A stretch of DNA of 64,000 nt from a virus. Lineage: Duplodnaviria; Caudoviricetes. Made by a program: the position numbers and the translations under genes. Position 1 is the stretch's first letter, and the number at the start of each line of letters is the position of its first letter. The stretch lies in IMG/VR virus record IMGVR_UViG_3300046839_000055, positions 32,001 through 96,000 of that record. One strand, given 5' to 3'. The notes under the pieces are model-generated. The model made no database searches. It saw nothing but the letters and a program-made list of their open reading frames with translations, and had not been told where the DNA came from. This document shows positions 40,941 through 51,337 of this stretch, piece by piece.

Positions 40941-42288
40941 ATCAAATGCGCTCCTTTCCGGTTTCCCATTCGAAGAGAAACCTAATAATAGCGTATCTGA
41001 TAATGCTCATCTTTTTTACAAGAAAGTGAGGATTTATGGGAAATAATTTAAAAAATCAACATTATAAAAACATGGGTATAATGCCTGTACCTCTTTCGTC
41101 CTGGCATCCACATCTTCCTTGTCTTTTCCTGCATGGGGCGTTGCATGAGCGATCTCGTGAATCAGTGTCTTCACGGTCTGGATCTCGCTCATGCCGCTCT
41201 GAATGGCAATCCGATTATCCGCGGTATGAAAATACCCCTTGGCACCTCCCCGGATCTCTTCAAAGCCAACCGGAACCGGCGAGGTTTTCTCCAGCGCAGT
41301 GAGCAGACTGCTGTACCCATCGACGGATCCGATCAGTTCTTCGGTGCCAAGCGTTGGAAGCTCTTTTCCTTCGGTCTGGCTGATATCAAAGACCGTCGCA
41401 ACCCGGAAAGAAGGACGTTCCACCTCCACGGTTTCTTTCTTCGGTTTGCCGTCTGTATCCAATAGAGGCTGCCTTGTCTTTGGATCAATGACATTCTGCT
41501 CCGTCTTGACCTTATACGGTGCCGGTGCAATAATCTTGATCCCCTTTTCGCCGCGCTTTACCTGCCTGCCATGGTTTTTCTTCCACGACTGGTACCCGGC
41601 AACAAGCGTGGCATCCGGTTTCTGCATGCTGATGAGGATCGTATTATTCAAAGAATAGTTGTGGAACTTAGCCATGGTGGCAAGATACTGTCGGTACCTC
41701 TCACTGTTGAACAGATCGTGAACCCCCTGTTCCAGCTTGTCCGTGATCTCTGCGATGGTCTGCTGCGGCTTCTTCGCTGCAGGTTCCGATACCGTCTCTG
41801 CGCCAAGATGAAGATCCGACACATCTCTGGCATATTCCAGAGAAGGAACCTTTAATATTTTGTTTTCCTGAAACGAGTAGTAATGATCGTCATTGCCGAT
41901 GATGATATGGTCCACAATCGGTGTTCCAAGCAGCTCACAGATCTTTGCCATGCGGTCCGTCAGGGAAATATCATCCGGAGACGGCGTAAGGTTTCCACTC
42001 GGGTGGTTATGAAACAGCATGACCGATCCTGCGTTGGAGAGAATGATGCTCTTTAGGATCTCCCGCGGATGCGCAAGTGACTGGTTTAGTGTCCCGATGG
42101 AGACAATATTCATGTTAATTGGCTTCAGATCATTCCGAAGATTCACAACCGCCAGCACTTCCCGGTCATACCCCCTCAGCGTTTCCGACATCAGCCGGAC
42201 GGCGGCCTGCGGAGAGTTGACCGGTTCCGCGCTATAAAGCGGCGGCTCCTTGACCATCCGGATACCTACCTGATCCAGCTTATAGGGT

Positions 42289-42426
42289 TTACTGGAACTC
42301 ATCTGCATCTCCTCCGATCGGGATCACAAGAACAACCTCCTGATCCTTCATTTTCTCCATGGCATCCCGAATGGTTCCTGTCGTCGAAATGGCCTCATCC
42401 AAAACAGACTTCTCTTCTTCACGCAT
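42289..42426 (-). CDS. Small hypothetical protein (45 aa, not in the ORF track)
   Basis: AAAGGAG RBS; MREEEKSVLDE...GDADEFQ; overlaps the start of the next gene. Confidence 0.5.
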   Translation of the reverse strand: MREEEKSVLDEAISTTGTIRDAMEKMKDQEVVLVIPIGGDADEFQ

Positions 42427-42510
42427 ATTCCTTCTCCTTTCCACCATGAGAAAAGGCCGTCTGCCTTTTCTGCAAACGGTCCTAACTCACAGCGCATATG
42501 GTGTTCCGCC

Positions 42511-43224
42511 TCATTTTTCTTCCGTCGTGTTTTCGGAGTCTTCTTCCAAATCCTCTTCTTCCGGAAAATCGTATCCATCGTCATCCTCTCGATAATCTGC
42601 ATCCGGATCAGGCTGATCCGCTGGCTTCTTTTTCTTCTTTGCCTGCAGGAAGACCCAGACCCCTGTGCCGCCAATGACAATGATCAGCACACCGGCGGCC
42701 GCAAAGAGACTCAGGTTCTGCTTCTTTTCCACGGTTTCTGCCGCCGGTTGTGTAGTCTCCTTCTCCGGCTCTTTCATGGGTTTCTGTAGCTCTTCTGTTC
42801 CTTCCTCCGGCGCCTTCTGCTCATTCATGGCTTCCTGAACTGCCTTGGCATCCTCCTCGTCCATCAGGTTGAACAGGTCTTCTTCATCAACCTGATTCAG
42901 GAAATGAACGGTCTGATTGCCCTCGTCATCGCGGTCGATGATGAGATAGAAATAGTTGTTATTCTTGGTGACCACGGTGATAAACTGCTTTCCGCTCTCT
43001 GTCGAGATATCATCCACCAACGTCAGGTTTCCTTCTGGTGTAAGCGGTGGAAGCTCTTCCGGCTCCTCTGCCTCTTCCTTGGTAACCAGTTCTTCTGCCG
43101 GCGCTGCTTCCGCAGATGCAGCAGCTGCTTCCGGTTCATTTGTCTGCGCAAATGCAGTTGTACAACAGAGTCCGCAGCAGAGCATCGCTGCCAGCAGTGC
43201 TGCAAGTAAATTACGCTTTCTCAT
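42511..43224 (-). CDS. DUF4366-like exported ICE protein
   Basis: Signal peptide; LTPEGNLTLVDD, KQFITVVTK, VHFLNQVDE.DL; C-terminal TM. Confidence 0.8.
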   Translation of the reverse strand: MRKRNLLAALLAAMLCCGLCCTTAFAQTNEPEAAAASAEAAPAEELVTKEEAEEPEELPPLTPEGNLTLVDDISTESGKQFITVVTKNNNYFYLIIDRDDEGNQTVHFLNQVDEEDLFNLMDEEDAKAVQEAMNEQKAPEEGTEELQKPMKEPEKETTQPAAETVEKKQNLSLFAAAGVLIIVIGGTGVWVFLQAKKKKKPADQPDPDADYREDDDGYDFPEEEDLEEDSENTTEEK

Positions 43225-43486
43225 AATCTGCCTCCTGTTCTGTCGCTGTGCTTTTCTCTGATGATGCCGACTCCGGAAGTTTTGCCGGAGCATTGCTCCT
43301 GCAGCTCTGCAGAAATTCCCGCAGTTCTTCTGGCGTCAGGTTGAAGGAGCGCACGACCTCATGGATCTCTGTGTTTTCTTCCTCCGTGTACTTCTGTTCC
43401 AGTTCTTTTACACGCTGATCCCATATCGCAAGCCTTTCACGGGCTTTTGCAAGGTCAGCTTCGATTCGTTCCAGCCTCTTACTCAT
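43211..43486 (-). CDS. DUF4315-like protein
   Basis: Coiled coil; ENTEIHEVVRSFNLTPEEL. Confidence 0.75.
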   Translation of the reverse strand: MSKRLERIEADLAKARERLAIWDQRVKELEQKYTEEENTEIHEVVRSFNLTPEELREFLQSCRSNAPAKLPESASSEKSTATEQEADYEKA

Positions 43487-43495
43487 GAAACCTCC

Positions 43496-45268
43496 TCAAT
43501 TTAGTCTGCCGTAGCAGTAGAAATGCTGTCTGAAATATGATGAATTGACGGAAGCGTACTGGATCGGGTTGCCGCAGTGGATCATCATGCCGTTACCGAC
43601 ATAGATGCCAACGTGGCTGGCACCCGGTGTGTCATACGTTCCCTGAAAAAAGATTATGTCTCCCGGTTTTGCCTCACTAGCCGGGATGATATTCAGCTGC
43701 TGTCTGAGTCCTTCCGCTGTTGTTCTGCCGACATTCCAGCCATTGCCACAATGATTGATCACCCAGCAGACAAAACCGGAACAGTCAAAGCTCGTGGAGG
43801 GACTGGATCCGCCCCAGACATAGGGATAGCCAAGATACTTCTCTGCCTCCTGCATCATGTTGGCAAACTTCGCATCACTGAGCGCCTCCGTCGGGATGTC
43901 ATAATCCGTGTATTCCCCTGCAGAAGGATTCGCGTAGATATCATTTTCAAACAGATACTCCCTGTTTCCTCTGGTCTGATTCAGGAGCAGATACCGCTCC
44001 TTCTGCACCTCACTCAGACTGCTCTGGTCGATGCATGCCTCCAGCGTGTTGTTGACGAGCTTCACATGCAGAATCCGGTATTCGTATTCCACCTCGACCT
44101 CATAGGTGTATTCCTCCGTCGTGGTTTCACCGGTCTTTGGATCTGTCACGATCCGGTGTCCTGTCCGCTCTTCTGTCCGCGTTCGGATCTGAATCTCCTC
44201 CCGGTACGTCAGGTTGTACTGCGCCGAAAACAATTCCCGCAGCTTGTCTCGGACTTCCTCCCTCGAATAGTCCTCATAGAGAACCGTCAGATAGGAAGTC
44301 AGAACATAGGGATTATGGTTAATATTGGCAAGATCAAACTGATATTCGTCATAGCCGGGATGCATCGTCCTTACGCGGTCAATCTCTGCCTGCAGGTCCG
44401 CTTCCATCGCCTGATAGTCACTGTTAGCACCCCGGATATCTGCATCCTCTGCCGTATACGTGCCACTGAGAATACCATTGCCAGTTCCTGCCCCGAGCAT
44501 GGAACAGGAAGAGAACGAACTGATGATCAGCAGAAAGACCAGTCCCAGAATGCTGCATGTCAGCAGCATCCCCGGATGTTCTGTCACAAACTTCTGAATG
44601 CTTGCCCCGATGTCCTGAAGTCCCTTGGATAACGTGCCGGATTCCGAAGATTTTCCAGACACTGATTGGAAAATCTGAGAAACTGAATTTCCTGTCCCCG
44701 CTCCGGATTTTCGTGCTGCGGCATACTGCTTCTTAAGGTCCTGTTTCTGCCGCCAGCGTGAATAGAAACTGGCATTACCGGAGTGCTCTCCTGCACTCTG
44801 TCCTGCAGGGCCCGCTTCCTTTTCCGGATTTTCCCTCCGCGAAGTATATACGCCCTCCGATTGAAGCTTCTCTGCATTCTTATAAGCCTTCAGCTTTTTG
44901 GAGTACCGTGTCTTACCAGCAAAGCTGCTTACGGATCTTCCGGCGCCTTCTGCCATCTCACTTCCACGGTTTAATGCCTTTCCTCCGGCGTTATCATCCT
45001 GATTCTCCGATGCGGCGGCAGAGTGCATTCTTGCGGACAGTGCCGCAGATGCTGCACGGTTTCTCGAGGCCTTTGGCTTTTCCAGCGCCTTCTTTCCGAA
45101 TCGCAGCTTCTTACCGTACTCCGTGTTCCCTTGGAACCGGGATTTCTTCTTGGTTCTGGTATACCCTTTCTCAGAAGGGAGCTTGATTCCTTTTGCTTCC
45201 GGAGCATCTCTGGCTGTTCCCTCTGTCATGCCCTCCCGGAAGCGGATGGTGCTTTTCTTTTTTGACAA
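43496..45268 (-). CDS. Conjugative cell-wall hydrolase with NlpC/P60 domain
   Basis: KYLGYPYVWGG...FDCSGFV; HVGIYVG. Confidence 0.92.
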   Translation of the reverse strand: MSKKKSTIRFREGMTEGTARDAPEAKGIKLPSEKGYTRTKKKSRFQGNTEYGKKLRFGKKALEKPKASRNRAASAALSARMHSAAASENQDDNAGGKALNRGSEMAEGAGRSVSSFAGKTRYSKKLKAYKNAEKLQSEGVYTSRRENPEKEAGPAGQSAGEHSGNASFYSRWRQKQDLKKQYAAARKSGAGTGNSVSQIFQSVSGKSSESGTLSKGLQDIGASIQKFVTEHPGMLLTCSILGLVFLLIISSFSSCSMLGAGTGNGILSGTYTAEDADIRGANSDYQAMEADLQAEIDRVRTMHPGYDEYQFDLANINHNPYVLTSYLTVLYEDYSREEVRDKLRELFSAQYNLTYREEIQIRTRTEERTGHRIVTDPKTGETTTEEYTYEVEVEYEYRILHVKLVNNTLEACIDQSSLSEVQKERYLLLNQTRGNREYLFENDIYANPSAGEYTDYDIPTEALSDAKFANMMQEAEKYLGYPYVWGGSSPSTSFDCSGFVCWVINHCGNGWNVGRTTAEGLRQQLNIIPASEAKPGDIIFFQGTYDTPGASHVGIYVGNGMMIHCGNPIQYASVNSSYFRQHFYCYGRLN

Positions 45269-47713
45269 TCACGACACCTCCTGCTTCTGACGGGAAACCT
45301 CACCCGGTTTGGTTGTCATGATCCGGTACAGTTCCAGATCCGTCGGGAAGTGATCCACAAACGGCAGAATGACATTCCCATAAAACAGAAGCCCTTCCCC
45401 TGCACCGGATTGGGTTACATAGGAGAGCTGATGCGGGGAAATGTTGAGCTGTCTGGCAAGAATGGCACGGTCACCGGATGCCTGGTTGAGCATATAGATG
45501 AAGTCTGAGTTCTCGAAGATGTTCTCAACTTCCCGACTGGAAAGAAGATCCTTGATGTTCTGGGTAATCCCGGTCGGAATGCCTCCCCACTTGCGGAATC
45601 GCTTCCAGATCTCTACAGAATAGGCTGCTGTCTGCTCTTCCTTGAGGAGCAGATGAAACTCATCCATGTAGTAGCGGGTAGCCTTTCCGGCCTCCCGGTT
45701 CGCCGTCACTCTGCCCCAGACCTGATCCTGTACCACGAGCATTCCAAGCTTTTTCAATTGCTTGCCAAGTTCCTTGATGTTGTAGCAGACCAGCCGGTTG
45801 CTGATGTCAACATTGGTGCGGTGATTGAATAGATTCAGCGATCCTTTGACGTAGATCTCAAGAGCGGTTGCCACATGATGCGCTTCCTTCTCTTCCTGCG
45901 ACAGCAGCACGTAATACAGATCTTCCAGGATCGGCATGTTCTCCGGCACCGGATCATCGAAGTACTTCTGATAAATCTGATGCACGCAACGATCGATCAC
46001 AGTCTTCTCCACTGGCTGCAGTCCCTCTTTGCCTCCTACTACGAGTTCACACAGCGACAGGATAAAATCCGCCTTCAGCGCGATCGGATTATCTTCTTCT
46101 GAGTAATTTGCATTGATGTCCATCGGATTGATGCACTGGCTGCTGGTTGGTGAGATCCTGATCACCTGTCCCTTTAACCGTTCCACCAGCGGCGCATATT
46201 CTGCCTCCGGATCGCAGATGATGATGTCGTCGTCCGTGACCAGAAAGGCATTGGCGATCTCCCGCTTGGCGCTGAATGACTTGCCGGATCCCGGTGTGCC
46301 AAGGATCAGCCCATTCGGGTTCTTCAGCATCTTCCGGTCCACCATGATCAGGTTGTTGGAAAGCGCATTGAGGCCGTAGTAGAGAGCCTCCCTGCCGCTC
46401 TGGAACAATTCCTGCGTCGTGAATGGAACAAAGATCGCCGTACTGGATGTCGTCAGTCCACGTTCGATCTCGATCTCATTGTGTGCCAGCGGCAGCGAAC
46501 TCATCAGTCCCTGCTCCTGCTGGAAATCCAGTCTTCGCAGGTTGCAGTTGTTCTGCTGCGCAATGCTCAATGCCTGAAAAATGTTGTTGTCCAGTTCCTG
46601 CTTCGTCTTCCCTGTATTGAGGATCAGGAACGTTACCATGAACATGCGCTCGTTCTGGCTCTGCAGCTCCTGCAAAAGACTTTTGGCGTCCTTTCCATAC
46701 GTTGCAAGATCGGACGGAATGATATCCATGTCGTATCCTGCACGAACTGCTTTTTTCTGCTCCTCGATCTTGGAACGGTCCAGATCCGTAATCGTATGTT
46801 TGATCTTCTTGATTGCCTCTGTCTGATCGACCGACCGGATATGCATCGTGATCACCTGTGAGGACTCCATCTCCAGAAGATCCTTCAGCAGCCGGTCAGA
46901 AAGGTTTGAAGCTGTTATGGACAGATATGACATTGCCCCATACAGATCTCCCATCCGAAACATGCGCCCACCGGGAAATTCAAATGAAGTCGGAGCAATA
47001 AAGTCCTTTACGGAGAGTCCAGACTCCGGGAGCCAGTTCCAGTCAAAGTAAAACCTGTCCTTGTCTCCCATATGAAACATGTCGTGCATAACCCGAAGGC
47101 GCTCCTTGCCATTCAGGACTATCGCAGCGACTCCTAGTCTACGAAAGTTATTTAAGAGGTCCGTCTGGATGTGAATCAGGCGCGGTTTTGCCTGCTTTAT
47201 CGACTCCGCCTTGATGCCAAACGTAAGATACTTGGTTTTGGTCAGGCCATTGTTGCCCTGCGCCAACTGCGTCCGCAGCATTCTGCTGTACTCGTCCCGC
47301 ACTTCATTGAATCCATCATTCTTTTCCGGAATACAGATGCTTTTTTCAAAGCTCTCCGTACCTGTGCAAAGATTCATGAACGAAATTTCAAAACGTACCG
47401 AGCTGTCAAAGAAATTCAGGAAACCGCACCACTCTTCAAAGATGGCGGTCTTATCCTCATCCTGCGCCAGCCGGTAATTGATATCCTGAAACTGAATCGT
47501 CTTGGTGTAATAGCTGCCGTCCACCCGGCAGATACCATCCTGAAACATCCGCTCAAATGGAATGGACTGCTGTGCAGTCCGCGGGATTCCGTCATCACGC
47601 TTTGCTTCTTTCCAGATCTTTTCGATCTTTCGCCTTTCCTTTCGTGTCAGGTTTTCGGGCAGCTTTACGCTTTCTGCCTCTCTGTCTTTTTTCCGCTTCC
47701 AGAACAATCTCAT
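45269..47713 (-). CDS. virB4: VirB4-like conjugative ATPase
   Basis: GTPGSGKS, DPEAEY, MDEFH, RKWGG..TGITQN. Confidence 0.95.
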   Translation of the reverse strand: MRLFWKRKKDREAESVKLPENLTRKERRKIEKIWKEAKRDDGIPRTAQQSIPFERMFQDGICRVDGSYYTKTIQFQDINYRLAQDEDKTAIFEEWCGFLNFFDSSVRFEISFMNLCTGTESFEKSICIPEKNDGFNEVRDEYSRMLRTQLAQGNNGLTKTKYLTFGIKAESIKQAKPRLIHIQTDLLNNFRRLGVAAIVLNGKERLRVMHDMFHMGDKDRFYFDWNWLPESGLSVKDFIAPTSFEFPGGRMFRMGDLYGAMSYLSITASNLSDRLLKDLLEMESSQVITMHIRSVDQTEAIKKIKHTITDLDRSKIEEQKKAVRAGYDMDIIPSDLATYGKDAKSLLQELQSQNERMFMVTFLILNTGKTKQELDNNIFQALSIAQQNNCNLRRLDFQQEQGLMSSLPLAHNEIEIERGLTTSSTAIFVPFTTQELFQSGREALYYGLNALSNNLIMVDRKMLKNPNGLILGTPGSGKSFSAKREIANAFLVTDDDIIICDPEAEYAPLVERLKGQVIRISPTSSQCINPMDINANYSEEDNPIALKADFILSLCELVVGGKEGLQPVEKTVIDRCVHQIYQKYFDDPVPENMPILEDLYYVLLSQEEKEAHHVATALEIYVKGSLNLFNHRTNVDISNRLVCYNIKELGKQLKKLGMLVVQDQVWGRVTANREAGKATRYYMDEFHLLLKEEQTAAYSVEIWKRFRKWGGIPTGITQNIKDLLSSREVENIFENSDFIYMLNQASGDRAILARQLNISPHQLSYVTQSGAGEGLLFYGNVILPFVDHFPTDLELYRIMTTKPGEVSRQKQEVS

Positions 47714-48062
47714 TCACCTCCTTCTGCGCTTCTGTCATCCGCATCAATGCGGAATAATAGTTGTCCGTCTTGTATGGCCGCACTTTCGGCCGCACGAATT
47801 TTGCCTCGATGAAATGCTGCAAGAGCACTTCCGGCGGCATGCCGTCTCTCTCGTACATGGCGAGGAAAAAGAACGGCAGCATCGTCAGAATCATCCCCAT
47901 GGAAGCCAGACTCATATTTCCGGTTCTTCTGATCAAAAAGAAAGACGGTACTCCGATGAGCGCCGCCACAGAAAAACAAATCAGCTGTCTTTTCGTCAGA
48001 TTGAAAAGCACTTTTGACTTCACACGGGTAAGATCTCTTGGTACCGAAACATAAGGATCCAA
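47595..48062 (-). CDS. prgI: PrgI family protein
   Basis: VPRDL..VK.KV.FNLTKRQLICF, two TM segments; TTG start with GGGAGG RBS. Confidence 0.88.
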   Translation of the reverse strand: MDPYVSVPRDLTRVKSKVLFNLTKRQLICFSVAALIGVPSFFLIRRTGNMSLASMGMILTMLPFFFLAMYERDGMPPEVLLQHFIEAKFVRPKVRPYKTDNYYSALMRMTEAQKEVNEIVLEAEKRQRGRKRKAARKPDTKGKAKDRKDLERSKA

Positions 48063-48079
48063 GTGATATTCCTCCCTTC

Positions 48080-48946
48080 TCAGTGTGCATTAAACACAGA
48101 TTTTGCAAGGCTTCCCGTCTTGAAGAGCGTAAAGCAGAGAAGAACGGTATAGCCAAGAACTCCCCAGACCGAAGCTATGATGTCATTGGAGAATGCAATG
48201 TTCTGAATCAGCACTGCATAGATGCCGACACAGATCATGATCAGGAATCCCTGAAAGCCCAGCGCACAGATGGAACGGAAATAGTTCTGACCGATCTGAC
48301 TCTGTTCCCGGTTTGCAAAGGTTGCAAACGGAATCGGGGCAAGGCTGGTCATCAGGTAGATCTCGATCATGCGTCCGTAAATGATGACAAAGATAATGAT
48401 CGACATGATCCACATGGCAACATGCAGCAAGAGTGACTGCATAAAGATGCCCAGTAACGGTCCAAGTTCCATCGCCATAAGCGTATCTTCCATCTGCGAG
48501 AGCGCATCGCTGCTGACCGCTGTAGAGCCGGAGATTATGCCGGCACTGCTTGCGATGACCTGCTGGGCCACATCAAATACCGCCATTACGATATTGAACG
48601 TGTTCGTGATCAGCATGACCGCCACGAAGGTCTTGAAGATCCACTTGAAGAAAATCCATGTTTCAAAGTTTGCCAGATTGTTGTGATCAATAATCAGCTG
48701 AATCAGCTCGTAACAGGCAATGAAGGTCAGGATCATCCCCGCGATGGGGATGATCACCGACTCTGACACATTCCGGATCATAGAAAAGACGCCCGGAGAG
48801 AAATTCGCGGGCGTCGTCCCTACCTGTGAAGCGATACTGCCAACCTGCTGATTGACAGTATCGAAGATGCCGGTGAAGTTGTTCATGATCCCGCCCACGA
48901 GAATTTTCTTCAGCCAATCTGCGATCTGCTGAAGGATCGTGTCCAT
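48080..48946 (-). CDS. VirB6-like conjugation membrane protein
   Basis: Multi-TM; GRMIEIY....APIPFAT..N.E. Confidence 0.88.
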   Translation of the reverse strand: MDTILQQIADWLKKILVGGIMNNFTGIFDTVNQQVGSIASQVGTTPANFSPGVFSMIRNVSESVIIPIAGMILTFIACYELIQLIIDHNNLANFETWIFFKWIFKTFVAVMLITNTFNIVMAVFDVAQQVIASSAGIISGSTAVSSDALSQMEDTLMAMELGPLLGIFMQSLLLHVAMWIMSIIIFVIIYGRMIEIYLMTSLAPIPFATFANREQSQIGQNYFRSICALGFQGFLIMICVGIYAVLIQNIAFSNDIIASVWGVLGYTVLLCFTLFKTGSLAKSVFNAH

Positions 48947-49144
48947 CTAGCGGTCTCCTCCCTCCTGTCTCAGTCAAACAGCCCGGTAAGAAGCGGAACA
49001 AGAATCGTTCCGATCAGGGCGACACCGCCGCCTGCCATCAGCTGTTTCATCCCCAATTAGGTGTAAAAACTCTGCTCGATGGCGGGCGGCGGCGTACAAA
49101 AAATCTATATGGTGTTGTTAAGAGAACCGTCCCGGCGGGACAGG

Positions 49145-50815
49145 TCAGGCAGTGACCTGTTCCACCTCCGGGATGGGTTTGAGATTAAAATGAATTTCGA
49201 TAGAAATGTGTCTTGTTTTATCTTCGTCAATGCGCTCATGCACAACGATTTCTTTGATTAAGCGGTTGAGGGTGGCTGCGTCCAGCTCTGTGATGTTGGC
49301 GTATTCCTGAATGGCTTCCACCCATTGTTTTGCATCATTGGCAAGCTGGACTTCATCGGACAGCCGCTTTCTGCCCTCGGACACTTTTGTTTTAAGCTCC
49401 GTCTGCTCGGTCTGTGTCTTTTCCAGCATGGTGTTGAAATTCTGCTCACTGATACGCCCTGCAATCATATCCTCATAAAGCCGCATGACCATTTTGTCCA
49501 GAACCTCAATCCGTTCCTCGTCCCTTGTAAGGGAGCGTTCCATTGCTTCCCGCTGTTCCCGCTGCTCGGCTTCACAGGTATTGGTCAGGCGGTCGGCAAC
49601 CGCTTCCCCGTCCATCAGGGCAGCTCTGGCACATTCCCGGATTTTCCGCAGCACATGGCTGTAAAGGGTGTCATAATCAATCCGGTGCTGGGTGCAGTGG
49701 TTCTTTCCAAAGGCATTGTAGGTCTTGCAGGAGTAAATCCGCTGGGGATGTTTAGCGTTTGTGTAGCGTACCGTCAGCGACTTCCCACACTCGCCGCATT
49801 TTAACAGTCCGGCAAACAGGCTGATTTCATTGGTCTGCCCCGGACGCTGGCGGGATTTCAGCTTGTTCTGCACAATGTCAAAGCTCATGCTGTCAATCAG
49901 CGGTTCATGCTGTCCCTCCACCACAATCCAGTCCTCCGGCTTCTTTTCCCCAATCGTGCCGATTTTGAAGCGGTAGTCCTTTTTCTGGGAAGCAATCGCC
50001 CCGGTGTAGACGGGATTCATCAAAAGGTCTTTGATAACGGAGAAGTCCCACATATACCGCCCGTTTTCTGGGTCTTTCCTTTCCCATTTGGTGCGGGTAT
50101 TGCGAAGCCCCCGTTCCCGGTTCCACCATGTAGGGCAGGGGATTTTTTCTTTCTCCAGCCGTCTGCGGATATAGTTCGGACCATGACCGTTCAGGGCATA
50201 TCCGAAAATCAGCCGCACAATCGGGGCGGTTTCCTCGTCAATGAGCAGATGGTTTTTGTCCTCCGGGTCTTTCCGATACCCAAACGGGGCAAGACACCCG
50301 GTAAACTGTCCTTTCTGCGCTTTCAGAAGATAAGAGGAATGGACTTTCTTGGAAATATCCTTGCTGTACATCTCGTTCAGGATATTCTTGAACGGGGCAA
50401 TGTCGTTGTTATCCCGCAGGGTGTCGATGCCGTCATTCATGGCGATATAGCGGACACCGTTTCTTGGGAAAAAGTCCTCAATCAAATGCCCGGTTTGCAG
50501 ATAATTACGCCCCAGTCGGCTGAGGTCTTTCGTGATGACAAGGTTGATCTGCCTGCGCTCAATGGCTCTCAACATTCTCTGTAGGTCAGGACGCTCCATG
50601 TTAAGACCTGTGAAGCCATCGTCCTGATAGACTGCCACAACCTCCCATCCCTGCTTTTCGCAGTATTTTTCCAGCATATCACGCTGGTTTGCGATACTGG
50701 CACTTTCGCCTTGCAGGTCATCGTCCTTTGACAGCCTGCAATAGACCGCCGCACGATAACCCCCGGCAAGTGCCGAACCGATTGTTCTGTATTCCATTTC
50801 GTTCATCATAGCCAT
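49145..50815 (-). CDS. Large serine recombinase (TnpX/TndX-like)
   Basis: YCRLSKDD, SIANQR, DDGFTG, KDLSRLGRN, CGECG. Confidence 0.95.
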   Translation of the reverse strand: MAMMNEMEYRTIGSALAGGYRAAVYCRLSKDDDLQGESASIANQRDMLEKYCEKQGWEVVAVYQDDGFTGLNMERPDLQRMLRAIERRQINLVITKDLSRLGRNYLQTGHLIEDFFPRNGVRYIAMNDGIDTLRDNNDIAPFKNILNEMYSKDISKKVHSSYLLKAQKGQFTGCLAPFGYRKDPEDKNHLLIDEETAPIVRLIFGYALNGHGPNYIRRRLEKEKIPCPTWWNRERGLRNTRTKWERKDPENGRYMWDFSVIKDLLMNPVYTGAIASQKKDYRFKIGTIGEKKPEDWIVVEGQHEPLIDSMSFDIVQNKLKSRQRPGQTNEISLFAGLLKCGECGKSLTVRYTNAKHPQRIYSCKTYNAFGKNHCTQHRIDYDTLYSHVLRKIRECARAALMDGEAVADRLTNTCEAEQREQREAMERSLTRDEERIEVLDKMVMRLYEDMIAGRISEQNFNTMLEKTQTEQTELKTKVSEGRKRLSDEVQLANDAKQWVEAIQEYANITELDAATLNRLIKEIVVHERIDEDKTRHISIEIHFNLKPIPEVEQVTA

Positions 50816-51013
50816 TTACCCACACAATCCAGACGGTATCTGGCTCTTTTGAACCTCATCTTCATTATAGCCTATATCTTTCTTTTTAGCAAGATATTCT
50901 TTTGCATTTGTCTTTCCGTATTTCTGGGAAATCAGGCTGACGAACACATCAGTGGCGTCAAGCTCCCCGTCAAATACAGTGGTCACATGAATCTCTGTTT
51001 TGTTTTTTGCCAT
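50816..51013 (-). CDS. Small protein upstream of the recombinase
   Basis: GGAGG RBS; abuts the recombinase start. Confidence 0.6.
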   Translation of the reverse strand: MAKNKTEIHVTTVFDGELDATDVFVSLISQKYGKTNAKEYLAKKKDIGYNEDEVQKSQIPSGLCG

Positions 51014-51057
51014 AGGCAGTTATCCTCCATACATGAAAATAGCCAGACAGAGGGTGT

Positions 51058-51337
51058 CGGCAACGAAGTCCGGCAACGGACTTCAAAAGACCTTGCAAAC
51101 AATCTCAATCTGGCGATGGTTACTATTTATACTTTTCTTTTATTTTTTTGTTGTTTTGGTTGTTATAAGGGAGAAAAGCCCGGAAATAAGGGGTTTTTCC
51201 CGGCAACCGGCTCGGCAACGGGATAACAACAGGGGGTGCAACGGGCTGTCCTTTTCAGAATGGAAGCTCCATCTGTTCTGTGACCTCCACAAAACCGTCC
51301 ATCGTTTTTTCAGACGGGTTGCCGGAGTCCGTTGCCG
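51058..51337. repeat. Paired CGGCAAC repeats around an AT-rich tract (putative origin)
   Basis: Direct at 51058/51071 and 51201/51213; inverted at 51318/51331. Confidence 0.65.

Larger units (their letters stand above)
36935..41082 (-). mobile_element. RIT (recombinase-in-trio) element
   Basis: Three overlapping tyrosine recombinases; imperfect inverted repeats starting TTATAC at 36962 and 41081; GCCT at 36931-36934 and 41083-41086. Confidence 0.92.
36525..42302 (-). pseudogene. JAB(RadC)-ArdC fusion gene split by a RIT element
   Basis: HPRE..HNHPSG..PS.DD JAB motif; FHNYS.NN..LI..Q ArdC N-domain; HEIAH; rejoins as KEVQ-AESVAY. Confidence 0.88.
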
